A stretch of 64,000 nt of DNA. Source: Hyphomonas sp. 34-62-18 (GTDB lineage: Bacteria; Pseudomonadota; Alphaproteobacteria; Caulobacterales; Hyphomonadaceae). This document shows positions 27,525-35,918 of this stretch, piece after piece. The DNA is taken from assembly GCA_002282565.1 (NCBI GenBank), contig NCJT01000003.1, positions 10,592 to 74,591 on the forward strand, in the 5' to 3' direction. How positions within the stretch are numbered: the first letter of the stretch is position 1; every line of letters starts with the position of its first letter. Both the position numbers and the translations under genes were made by a program. The notes under the pieces were generated by a model. That model worked only from the letters and a program-made list of their open reading frames with translations, searched no databases and was not told where the DNA came from.

Positions 27525-28205
27525 ATGCTCCCCCCCGATCACGCCTGTCTTCTTCTTTGCGACCTCAAAGGGTCAAGTGGTTTCGGCCCTGAAAAAGGGG
27601 GTGAGCTTCTTGCGCAACTGGAAGCCCTGCTGGTTCAGCTGAACGAACGCCACGCAGCTGATATCATTCTGCCGTTGGAGATTAGTTACGGTGACGAAAT
27701 TGCCAGTTTGCTCCTCCATCCGGAGGCCGCTTTCGAGATTGTGCGGGCGCTGCGGAAGGGGCTGGGCGTTCAAATGGCATTCCGCTTCGCGGTCGTGTTC
27801 GGCCAGATTGGGGCCAGAACCTCCAATATCCGCCAAATCGGCGGGGAGGTTTTCACTATCGCCAATGCAGCCATCAGCCGGCTGAAGCGGCAGAACCGGT
27901 TTGGCGAGTGGCATATTTTCAAAGATGCCCGCGATATTGAACTCACCCTGCTGACAAACCTCTGCCAAGGTTTCATCGCCCGGATGACGGACTATCAGTT
28001 TCTAGTTTACATCCTCTTGGCCGAAGGCTTGTCACAGAAAGCGGTCGCCGAACGGCTGGGCAAATATCCGCAATCAGTTTCTGACGCGGTCCGCCGGGCC
28101 GAAATAGATCTTGTGATCGAAGCAGAAAATCAAATAATCGATCGACTGCGAGCCTATAATCAATCGAATCTCGTTGTTTTGGAGAAATCAATTGAATCCA
28201 ATTGA
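27525..28205 (+). CDS. SatD-family protein: nucleotidyl-cyclase-like N-domain fused to a C-terminal HTH
   Basis: 226 aa. LLLCDLKGSSGF and ISYGDEIASLL acidic motifs, then FRFAVVFGQIG, fit the SatD N-domain pattern (GDxxxS..GDEFQ..RFGIG). The C-terminal LSQKAVAERLGKYPQSVSDAVRRAE is a sigma-r4/LuxR-like HTH. Confidence 0.6.
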   Translation: MLPPDHACLLLCDLKGSSGFGPEKGGELLAQLEALLVQLNERHAADIILPLEISYGDEIASLLLHPEAAFEIVRALRKGLGVQMAFRFAVVFGQIGARTSNIRQIGGEVFTIANAAISRLKRQNRFGEWHIFKDARDIELTLLTNLCQGFIARMTDYQFLVYILLAEGLSQKAVAERLGKYPQSVSDAVRRAEIDLVIEAENQIIDRLRAYNQSNLVVLEKSIESN

Positions 28206-28206
28206 T
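28159..28206. promoter_or_regulatory. Second copy of the 48-bp double-palindrome cassette, inside the SatD 3' end
   Basis: ATCAATcgaatctcGTTGTT (28159..28178, degenerate) and ATCAATtgaatccaATTGAT (28187..28206, perfect). Again 28 nt apart. 32 of 48 positions are identical to 27475..27522. Confidence 0.55.
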
Positions 28207-28578
28207 ATAGCCATCCTGGTCGGCATGGCGCTTGGATCGCATATTCTCTCCACGCTGATCATCCGCCTCGGCATCCCCCGCCTCAAATCCGGCGATATCC
28301 CCGCCACCGAGGGCGGCGCCCTTCCCGAGAGCACCAAGGGCCGCGTCTTTGATCTGGGATCGACCGGCTTCTGGATTGGGCTGTGTGAAACACTCCTGAT
28401 TTTCATTCTGGTCAGTGCCCAGCAGTTCAGCGCCCTGGCGATTATCATCGGGGTCAAACAGTTCGTGCGTAGCGACAAGATCCAGCAGAACCCGTCTTAC
28501 TACCTGCTCGGTACCTTCTGCAACCTGACGATCGCCACACTGTTCGCCCTAACGGCAAACCAGATCATCAGCGGCTGA
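28192..28578 (+). CDS. Small 4-TM membrane protein, partner of the SatD-like gene (possibly DUF3307/SatC-like)
   Basis: The TTG at 28192 follows a GGAGA SD (alternatives TTG 28174, ATG 28225). It overlaps the SatD stop (28203-28205). Four predicted helices. Family not verifiable by eye. Confidence 0.5.
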   Translation: MNPIDIAILVGMALGSHILSTLIIRLGIPRLKSGDIPATEGGALPESTKGRVFDLGSTGFWIGLCETLLIFILVSAQQFSALAIIIGVKQFVRSDKIQQNPSYYLLGTFCNLTIATLFALTANQIISG

Positions 28579-28585
28579 AGCCCGC

Positions 28586-29314
28586 TTAGAGCCCCAGCGC
28601 CGCCCGCTGCGCAGCAAAGAGTTCGCCGCAGCCTTTCTCGGCGAGGCGCATCATCTCATCCAGTTCCGGGCGCGACATGGGACGGGATTCGCCTGTGCCC
28701 TGGACCTCAATGAAGCCGCCATCAGAGCTCATCACCACGTTCATGTCTGCCTCGCCGGCCGAATCCTCGGGGTAATCCACGTCCAGCACCGGCATGTCCT
28801 GGAAGAGACCCACCGAAATCGCAGCGGCCTGTTTCAGGATCGGGTCCGCCTTGATCACACCTTCAGTCTGAAGATAGCGGCAGGCCATGGCGAGGGCGAC
28901 AAAGCCGCCGGTGATCGACGCCGTGCGCGTGCCGCCATCGGCCTGGATCACGTCGCAATCGATGGTGATCGTATTCTCGCCGAGCGCAGCCAGGTTCACC
29001 ACTGAGCGCATCGAGCGCCCAATCAGGCGCTGGATTTCCTGGGTGCGGCCAGACTGTTTGCCCGCCGCTGCCTCCCGGCGCCCGCGCGTGTGCGTGGCGC
29101 GCGGCAGCATGCCATACTCGCCGGTCACCCAGCCCTCGCCCTTGCCCTTCATCCAGCCGGGCACACCCTTCTCCCAGCTGGCCGTGCACAGCACATGCGT
29201 ATGACCGAACTTGGCGAGGCACGAGCCTTCAGCGTAGCGCGTTACGCCGGTTTCGAGCGAAATCGGGCGCAGCTGGTCAAAAGCGCGGCCCGAGGGGCGA
29301 ACAAGATTTGGCAT
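28586..29314 (-). CDS. rph: Ribonuclease PH
   Basis: ORF 28586..29851 trimmed to [32 protein letters not shown]. Contains [17 protein letters not shown] and [18 protein letters not shown] blocks. Confidence 0.9.
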   Translation of the reverse strand: MPNLVRPSGRAFDQLRPISLETGVTRYAEGSCLAKFGHTHVLCTASWEKGVPGWMKGKGEGWVTGEYGMLPRATHTRGRREAAAGKQSGRTQEIQRLIGRSMRSVVNLAALGENTITIDCDVIQADGGTRTASITGGFVALAMACRYLQTEGVIKADPILKQAAAISVGLFQDMPVLDVDYPEDSAGEADMNVVMSSDGGFIEVQGTGESRPMSRPELDEMMRLAEKGCGELFAAQRAALGL

Positions 29315-29404
29315 CTTCGGGAATCCTTCTAGCTGATGGCCTGATTTGCGGGTTTTGCGGCGCCTGTCTACACCGGCAGCTGTCAACGGGAGAGCAGAAG
29401 AGCA

Positions 29405-31075
29405 ATGGCCACGGATATCGAGATTGCCCGCGCGGCGAAGAAACAGCCGATCCAGGAGATCGCCGCCCGCATCGGCGCCGCCCCCGAAGACATCATCCCT
29501 TACGGTCATGACAAGGCAAAACTCTCGGCCGCCTTCCTTCAGCGCCAGTCCGCCCGTCCCGATGGCAAGCTCATCCTCGTCACCGCCATCAACCCCACCC
29601 CCGCCGGCGAGGGCAAGACCACCACCTCTATCGGCCTTGCTGACGCGATGAACCGCATCGGGGCAAACACCCTCCTCTGCCTGCGCGAGCCATCGCTTGG
29701 CCCCTGTTTCGGCATGAAGGGTGGCGCCACAGGCGGCGGCCTCGCCCAGATCGTGCCGATGGAAGACATCAACCTGCACTTCACCGGCGACTTCCACGCC
29801 ATCACGTCGGCGCACAACCTCCTCTCCGCCCTGGTCGATAACCACATCCACTGGGGCGGCGAGCCGAAGCTGGAAACCGCTCGCACCAGCTGGCGCCGCG
29901 TGATGGACATGAACGACCGTAGCCTGAGGAATATCGTCTCCGGCCTCGGCGGGCCCGGCAATGGTTCGCCCTCGGAAACCGGCTTTGACATCACCGTTGC
30001 CTCCGAGGTGATGGCCATTCTCTGCCTTGCGACCGATGCTGAAGATCTGGAGGCCCGCCTCTCCCGCATCATCGTCGGCTACACGCGCGAGAAGGCCGCC
30101 GTCACTGCCGCAGACATAAAAGCCACCGGCGCCATGATGGCGCTGCTGCGCGATGCCATGCTACCAAACCTTGTCCAGACGCTCGAAAACAATCCCTGCC
30201 TCGTACATGGCGGCCCTTTCGCCAATATCGCCCATGGCTGCAACTCGGTCATGGCAACCAGCGCAGCCCTGAAAATGGCAGATTATGTCGTCACCGAAGC
30301 GGGTTTTGGCGCAGACCTGGGCGCGGAGAAGTTTCTCAACATCAAATGCCGCCAGGCTGGCCTTGCGCCGGACGCCGTGGTTCTCGTCGCCACCATCCGC
30401 GCCCTGAAGATGCATGGCGGGCTGGCGAAAGATGATCTCGGCAAAGTCAGCTATGAAGCGCTGGAGAAAGGCCTCGCCAATCTCGCCCGCCATATCGAAA
30501 ACCTGCGCAGTTTCGGCTTGCCGGTCGTCGTTGCCATCAACCGGTTCACCACCGACACTGAAGGCGAAGTTCACGCGCTACAGACTTATTGCGATAAACT
30601 CTCCGTACCCGTCGCGCTCTGCACCCATTGGGCAGAAGGCGGCAAAGGCGCCGAAAGCCTCGCCCGCAGTGTGGTCAAGCTGATCGAAGAGGGCACAGCC
30701 GATTTCAAGCCGCTGTACCCGGACAATCTTTCCCTGATGGAAAAGATTGAAACAGTGGCAAAATCCATCTACCGGGCCGACCGGGTGGAAGCCACGCGCG
30801 CAGTCAAAAACCAGCTTGCCGCGTGGGAAAAGGCGGGCTTCGGCCACCTGCCCGTCTGCATGGCCAAGACCCAGTACAGCTTCTCGACGGACCCTGCCCT
30901 GCTCGGCGCCCCGGAAGGCCATGTGGTCCGTCTTCGGGAAGTGCGCCTCGCTGCCGGGGCGGGCTTCGTCGTCGCCATTTGCGGTGACATCATGACGATG
31001 CCGGGCCTCCCCCGCCGCCCCGCGGCCGAACACATTCACCTCAACGATCAGGGCCAGATCGAAGGGCTGAACTAG
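29405..31075 (+). CDS. fhs: Formate--tetrahydrofolate ligase
   Basis: 556 aa. [12 protein letters not shown] start, [11 protein letters not shown]-loop, [10 protein letters not shown] block. Confidence 0.95.
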   Translation: MATDIEIARAAKKQPIQEIAARIGAAPEDIIPYGHDKAKLSAAFLQRQSARPDGKLILVTAINPTPAGEGKTTTSIGLADAMNRIGANTLLCLREPSLGPCFGMKGGATGGGLAQIVPMEDINLHFTGDFHAITSAHNLLSALVDNHIHWGGEPKLETARTSWRRVMDMNDRSLRNIVSGLGGPGNGSPSETGFDITVASEVMAILCLATDAEDLEARLSRIIVGYTREKAAVTAADIKATGAMMALLRDAMLPNLVQTLENNPCLVHGGPFANIAHGCNSVMATSAALKMADYVVTEAGFGADLGAEKFLNIKCRQAGLAPDAVVLVATIRALKMHGGLAKDDLGKVSYEALEKGLANLARHIENLRSFGLPVVVAINRFTTDTEGEVHALQTYCDKLSVPVALCTHWAEGGKGAESLARSVVKLIEEGTADFKPLYPDNLSLMEKIETVAKSIYRADRVEATRAVKNQLAAWEKAGFGHLPVCMAKTQYSFSTDPALLGAPEGHVVRLREVRLAAGAGFVVAICGDIMTMPGLPRRPAAEHIHLNDQGQIEGLN

Positions 31076-31118
31076 CCTCCCTATTGAACCGCGAATGATC
31101 CGCCCTTAATCCAGAGAC

Positions 31119-32207
31119 ATGGCGGACCAGTCGGAAATCCTCAGCCTGATGCAAAGGCTCGACCAGCGCTCGCGGGATATTTTCCGGGAGATTGTCGAGG
31201 GCTATCTGGCAACCGGAGAGCCCGTCGGCTCGCGCACCCTTTCCAAGGCCGGCATTGCCCTCTCCCCGGCCTCGATCCGCAATGTGATGGCAGACCTGAC
31301 AGACCTCGGCCTGCTCGATGCCCCGCACATTTCCGCCGGCCGCGCGCCCACCCATAAGGGCCTCCGCCTCTTCGTCGACGGCTTCCTCGAATACGGCGAC
31401 CCGTCCAAGGAAGACAAGAAACAGATCGATGACCGCCTGGCCTCCGCCGGAACCGACATCGAAGCGGTTCTGGGCGAAGCCTCCGATATTCTCTCCGGCC
31501 TTGCCGGCGGCGCCGGGCTCGTCGCCTCCCCTGCCCGGGACGCGGCGGTGCGCCATGTCGAATTCGTGCCATTGGCCGGTGGTGACGCCCTCTGCGTCCT
31601 CGTCACCGAGGATGGCGATGTTGAAAACCGCATCCTCAAAGTGCCTGATGGCCTGCCAGCCACCTCACTGATAGAGGCGGGAAACTACCTTTCCACACGC
31701 CTGAAAGGCCGCACCCTGGCCGAAGCGGCCAGCGAAGTCCGCGCCGAACTTCAGGACCGCCGGGCGCAGCTCGACGCGGCGACCAGCGCCCTCGTCGAAG
31801 CCGGTCTCGCCGAATGGGGCGGGGATACGCCGGGCCGCGGGCGCAGCCTGATCGTGCGGGGGCGCGCCAATCTGCTGGAAGATGCCAAGGCCGCCCAGGA
31901 CCTCGACCGGGTGCGGCAATTGTTCAATGAGCTGGAACGCCAGCAAAGCCTTCTTGAAATTCTCGACACAACGCGCGAAGCGGGCGGCGTGCGCCTGTTC
32001 ATCGGGTCGGAAAACAGGCTTTTTCCGCTGTCTGGTTCAAGTGTGATTGTGGCACCCTATATGGGCGGCACGAAACATGTGATTGGGGCACTCGGCGTTA
32101 TCGGGCCAACACGGCTCAATTATGCCCGGGTAATCCCGATGGTCGATTATACCGCTAAGGTGGTGGGGGAAATCCTCTCATCCCGGCGCGGAAAGGATGG
32201 GAAGTGA
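31119..32207 (+). CDS. hrcA: Heat-inducible transcription repressor HrcA
   Basis: 362 aa. [18 protein letters not shown] winged-helix N-terminus. Followed by grpE with a TGATG overlap. Confidence 0.9.
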   Translation: MADQSEILSLMQRLDQRSRDIFREIVEGYLATGEPVGSRTLSKAGIALSPASIRNVMADLTDLGLLDAPHISAGRAPTHKGLRLFVDGFLEYGDPSKEDKKQIDDRLASAGTDIEAVLGEASDILSGLAGGAGLVASPARDAAVRHVEFVPLAGGDALCVLVTEDGDVENRILKVPDGLPATSLIEAGNYLSTRLKGRTLAEAASEVRAELQDRRAQLDAATSALVEAGLAEWGGDTPGRGRSLIVRGRANLLEDAKAAQDLDRVRQLFNELERQQSLLEILDTTREAGGVRLFIGSENRLFPLSGSSVIVAPYMGGTKHVIGALGVIGPTRLNYARVIPMVDYTAKVVGEILSSRRGKDGK

Positions 32208-32773
32208 TGAGCGACGAAAACAAACCGGGTGAAGCCGCTGAAATCGACGCCGGTGTAAACCCTGAAGCCAAGGCGGAAGAGACCGTCACGGTTGAAGAAC
32301 TGATTGTGCGCCTTGAGGCCGAAAAGGCTGACATGAACGGCCAGATCCTGCGCCTGCTGGCGGACCTCGACAACACCCGCAAGCGGGCCGACCGCCAGAT
32401 CAGCGAGGCGCGCGTCTACGCGATCGAGAAATTCGCCGCAGACCTGCTCAGCGTGTCGGACAATCTTGCCCGCGCGCTCGACGCCCTGCCTGAAAGCGAG
32501 CGGGCTGGCCTCACAGATGCCGGCAAGAACCTGCTGGGCGGCATCGAGATGACCGCCAAGGAACTCAACACCGCCCTCTCCCGCCACGGCGTTGTGCCGG
32601 TCGCGGCAGACCCCGGCGCGCCGTTTGACCCCAACGTGCATCAGGCCGTGGCGCAAATCCCGTCCGACCAGCCGAGCGGCACCATTGCCCAGCTCTTCCA
32701 GCCTGGCTGGCGGATTGGCGACCGCACCCTGCGCGCGGCCATGGTGGCCGTCAGCACTGGCCCGGCGAACTAA
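32207..32773 (+). CDS. grpE: Nucleotide exchange factor GrpE
   Basis: LRLLADLDNTRKRADRQ, DNLARAL, and the FDPNVHQAV..RIGDRTLRAAMVAV C-terminal beta domain. Confidence 0.9.
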   Translation: MSDENKPGEAAEIDAGVNPEAKAEETVTVEELIVRLEAEKADMNGQILRLLADLDNTRKRADRQISEARVYAIEKFAADLLSVSDNLARALDALPESERAGLTDAGKNLLGGIEMTAKELNTALSRHGVVPVAADPGAPFDPNVHQAVAQIPSDQPSGTIAQLFQPGWRIGDRTLRAAMVAVSTGPAN

Positions 32774-32783
32774 AGCTGCCCGG

Positions 32784-33423
32784 TTAGCGCCTCAACGGAC
32801 TGGTGGCGGGACCATCCGCCACCGGCTCGCCTTGAGGGCGCTCGTTTTTCAGATCATCGGCAAAGGCGTGATTGACATCGCGGTGGCCGGCCTCATCGGC
32901 CCGCACCGCGATGACGACATCCCGCAGCGTGGCCGTTGCCGGCAGGTTCCAGTAGTCAATCGCGATCTGCGGGGCAGGTGGATTGGGCATCCGGCCTGAG
33001 TCGATCTCCGCAAGATAGGCGGTGTAGCTCACCACCGCCTCTTCCTCGAAGTAGCCGACCAGACGGTGCGCCGTTCGCGGGTGAACGAGGTAGAGCACGA
33101 AGAACGCGTTGAAGAACAATCCTTGCGCGAGAATGATCAGGCCGCGTTCAAACCAGTTTGGCTTGGCCACCGCAATGAACGTCATCAGGTGCATGCGCTC
33201 GTTTTCGGCCTCTTCCAGCAGCGTGCGGATCCAGCCGTCATCATCCCGCATCCGGCGCAGGCTTTTGGTGGCCATAGCGTTTGCGGAAAAACGTGTCCGC
33301 AAACCAGCGCATCACCTTGGTCAGCCCATAGGCAATCTTGTCAGACATGTCCTTGGGACGATGCCGCGCGTCCAGCGCCGGGGCGGTGCTGTTGTTGCTG
33401 CTGGAATTCATATCATGCGCCAT
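32784..33423 (-). pseudogene. Alternative oxidase (AOX, ubiquinol oxidase), disrupted by an internal deletion plus frameshift
   Basis: The N-terminal piece (33241..33423) ends ..[10 protein letters not shown] then runs out of frame. The C-terminal piece (32784..33302) resumes at [30 protein letters not shown] ... EEEA ... [12 protein letters not shown]. The LETVAAVPGM segment carrying the first iron-ligand Glu is missing. Confidence 0.8.
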
Positions 33424-33516
33424 GGGTTACCTCCCCTCTTCAGATGGGTCAGGCTTCCCTAGGGGCAATCCTTTTTCGCCCGGACAGGGCGTCGCAGTCC
33501 CGATGCTGCGGCAGCG

Positions 33517-34428
33517 TCAGTCCTGCACCAACCGCCAGGCGGTCACCGTACCCGGCATCCAGTTGGGCACGATCACCACGTCTCCAAACACGGAAAGGTC
33601 GTTCTGCAGGATACCGCCCGCCTGCGTATCGAGCAGCGTCGTCACCTGGCCATCCTCGCTGACATACTGGATCTGCCCCGGCCAGCTCGACACCAGATAG
33701 CCGCCCCCCGGCACCAGGCCCACTCCATCGGCATCCTTCATGCCGCGCGCCAGGATCTCTTCTGAATCGGCGCTGCGCAGGTCGATGAGATAGCCTTCCG
33801 TCATCGTGGTGATGAGCAGCCGGTCGCCGTCTCCAAGCAGACCATTGATACCGGCCCAGTCGGTCGAGGCGCCGAACAATTGCGGCCCTTCCGGGGTCAG
33901 ACGGTAAATGCTCCCGGACCCGGAATCAGAAACCAGCACCTCCCCGTTCCAAACGGTCATGTCGTTCAGGAACTGTGCGCCGTCGATCATGATCGTTTCG
34001 CCCGGCGTCCCGTTCAGGGCGTCGAACGTGGCCACACGGTCATTGTCAGCCACATACAGCGTCTCGCCCAGAACCGTCATACCCTTTGGCCCATCAAGCC
34101 CTTCGGCCCAACGCTGCATCAGCACCGTGCCATCAGCGCCAACCTTGGAGATGTAGCCGTTGCCATCGCGCGCCGAGCCCTCGCCCACCACATTCGAAAT
34201 GAAATAGCTGCCATCCGGCGCCAGCGCGGCGCCTTCGGGTGCTTCAAAGCCTTCTGCCACCCACAGCTGCTCAAGGCGCGGCGCGCTGGCGGCGGCCGTC
34301 TCGGGCTGGGCCGCTTCCTCTTCGGCGATCGCGGCTTCCACGGCGCCGGCCTCTTCAGGAGGTGCCGTGCCCGCTGAACAGGCCGCCAGCAGAAGCGCCG
34401 ATACGGCGCCAAGAGTTTGAATGCGCAT
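33517..34428 (-). CDS. Beta-propeller lipoprotein (SMP-30 / NHL-like)
   Basis: ORF trimmed to MRIQTLGAVSALLLAACS (lipobox) behind a GGAGGAA SD. Repeated blade-like segments (PEGAALAPDGSYFISN, PKGMTVLGETLYVAD, LNDMTVWNGEVLVSD). Confidence 0.5.
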   Translation of the reverse strand: MRIQTLGAVSALLLAACSAGTAPPEEAGAVEAAIAEEEAAQPETAAASAPRLEQLWVAEGFEAPEGAALAPDGSYFISNVVGEGSARDGNGYISKVGADGTVLMQRWAEGLDGPKGMTVLGETLYVADNDRVATFDALNGTPGETIMIDGAQFLNDMTVWNGEVLVSDSGSGSIYRLTPEGPQLFGASTDWAGINGLLGDGDRLLITTMTEGYLIDLRSADSEEILARGMKDADGVGLVPGGGYLVSSWPGQIQYVSEDGQVTTLLDTQAGGILQNDLSVFGDVVIVPNWMPGTVTAWRLVQD

Positions 34429-34508
34429 GAATTCCTCCCGTTTCTTCGGGGGATCATGCCTCAACGTGTTTGGGCTCACCAGCCCTGCCGCAACGGACTT
34501 TGCCCGGC

Positions 34509-35366
34509 TCAGGCTACGCGGCCACGCGCCTTGCGCTGCAGCTGCGCGCGATAGGCCTTCAGCATCCGCGCCCAGGCCCGGAAGGGGTAGAGCGTCTGGG
34601 TAACGAAATCATTCGGCGGATTGTCCTCTATCCCCGTGGGCACATTAATGGCGGAGCCGGGATTGTACCAGGTGCCAAACAGCCGGTCATAGAAAGGAAA
34701 GATCGAGGCGAAGTTCTTGTCGTAGGCTTCGGGCACATTCGCATGATGCCAGCGATGGAACTGCGGCGAGACCAGCACCTCCCGGAAGATGCCGTGATCC
34801 CAGTCCAGCTTCGAATGAACGTAGTATTGGTGCAGCCCCTTGATGAGGGCGAGGCCCGCAATCTCCTCCAACCCGAAGCCAAGCCAGGAGGTGGTGAACA
34901 CCAGCGCCGCCGCAATCACCAGCTGCTCGGTGAAATGCCCGCGTGACCAGGACAGGAAGTGCAGCTCCGGATCGGAAAGATGTACCGCATGCGATGGCCA
35001 CAGCCAGCTCGTGTGCAGGAACCGGTGCACCCAGTAGATGCCGAAATCATAGACCAGCAGCGCTACCAGCGCCTTGAGCCAGATCGGCTGATCCTGCCAC
35101 ACCTCTGCCTGCAGCACCGGCAGGCCCAACTCCGTATAGGCCAGGCTCAGCGGCGCAATCAGCACCAGATAGAGCGCGCCATTGAGGCTGGAGAACTGCA
35201 GCAGCAGGAAGTTCGTCACCGCTGACTGGCGCAGCGACTTTGGCCAACGCAGCGCCTCGCGCCCGCGGGAGAGGAAGGCAAGCGCCGTGAACACGGCTGT
35301 CAGCACGGCCAGAAAGCCCAGCTGCCAGGCTATATCCTGCAGATATTGCAGCATCTCATCATCCAA
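34509..35366 (-). CDS. Fatty acid hydroxylase / sterol desaturase superfamily membrane protein
   Basis: 285 aa. Histidine boxes HRFLH, HAVHLS and HRWHH with TM helices. Confidence 0.75.
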   Translation of the reverse strand: MDDEMLQYLQDIAWQLGFLAVLTAVFTALAFLSRGREALRWPKSLRQSAVTNFLLLQFSSLNGALYLVLIAPLSLAYTELGLPVLQAEVWQDQPIWLKALVALLVYDFGIYWVHRFLHTSWLWPSHAVHLSDPELHFLSWSRGHFTEQLVIAAALVFTTSWLGFGLEEIAGLALIKGLHQYYVHSKLDWDHGIFREVLVSPQFHRWHHANVPEAYDKNFASIFPFYDRLFGTWYNPGSAINVPTGIEDNPPNDFVTQTLYPFRAWARMLKAYRAQLQRKARGRVA

Positions 35367-35400
35367 CGGCGTGTTTTATTCTTCTCAGCCGTCGAGTGTA

Positions 35401-35652
35401 TCAGGCGCCGCTTAAGATTTCCTGATCCGGCAAGACCTTATCACCCGGCCCGCCCCCGGCCCGCTCCCAAACCCGCTCATGGACGGTGTAGGCTACTGTC
35501 TGCACCAACGGCTCGATCATGCCGATGGCGAGGGCGGCCTGCCAGCTGCCGGTCAGGGCAAAGGCGACGGAAATGGCCACGGCAAAGTGCATGGCGCTGT
35601 AGGTCAGGGTCTTCAGGGCCGGGCGCGGCATGGGGGGAAACCTCATTCTCAT
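35401..35652 (-). CDS. DUF2061 family membrane protein
   Basis: LKTLTYSAMHFAVAISVAFALTGSWQAALAIGMIEPLVQTVAYTVHERVWE matches DUF2061. The start is uncertain (35652, 35646, 35631 or 35712). Confidence 0.6.
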   Translation of the reverse strand: MRMRFPPMPRPALKTLTYSAMHFAVAISVAFALTGSWQAALAIGMIEPLVQTVAYTVHERVWERAGGGPGDKVLPDQEILSGA

Positions 35653-35745
35653 GGGATCGAAAATGCGCTTCTTGAGAATGATTTTCAAATCGGAACGGGT
35701 TGCCCGCGTCATAGAGCGCGCCTATGGGCAAATCTGTCATGGCCT

Positions 35746-35773
35746 CTTGAGCCTGCTGCACAGTTCCCCATAT
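35746..35773 (+). promoter_or_regulatory. Sigma-32 (RpoH)-type heat-shock promoter of dnaK
   Basis: CTTGAG, 14-nt spacer, CCCCATAT. This is close to the CTTGAA-N13-17-CCCCATNT consensus, about 145 nt upstream of the dnaK ATG. Confidence 0.7.
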
Positions 35774-35918
35774 CGAGGGCCAAGGAAGCGAGCGGATTTC
35801 ACCTCCCAACTCGCTGCTCAACACTGAACCCTTGATAGAGCCATCTGGCGGCGCGGGGCTGCTGAGCAGACCGAACCCAAACGAAGCCAGTGGCGGCTGA
35901 CGAAAGAGAGAGACATAA

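Noticed and set aside
28586-29851. 421-aa extended version of the RNase PH ORF (and similar long N-terminal extensions of the ORFs at 4313..6268, 43588..44514, 46044..47291, 47302..49704 and 40580..41629)
   Set aside because: Homologous proteins begin at internal Met codons that have SD sequences or signal peptides. The upstream extensions overlap neighbouring genes or promoters and have an artefact-like composition.
31084-31110. Sigma-32-like promoter (TTGAA-N14-CCCTTAAT) upstream of hrcA
   Set aside because: The -10 would end only 8 nt before the hrcA ATG, leaving no leader. The match is weaker than at dnaK. It cannot be supported without TSS data.
31076-31118. Search for a CIRCE operator (TTAGCACTC-N9-GAGTGCTAA) near hrcA-grpE and dnaK
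   Set aside because: No match was seen in these upstream regions. In Alphaproteobacteria CIRCE is normally at groESL, which is not in this window.
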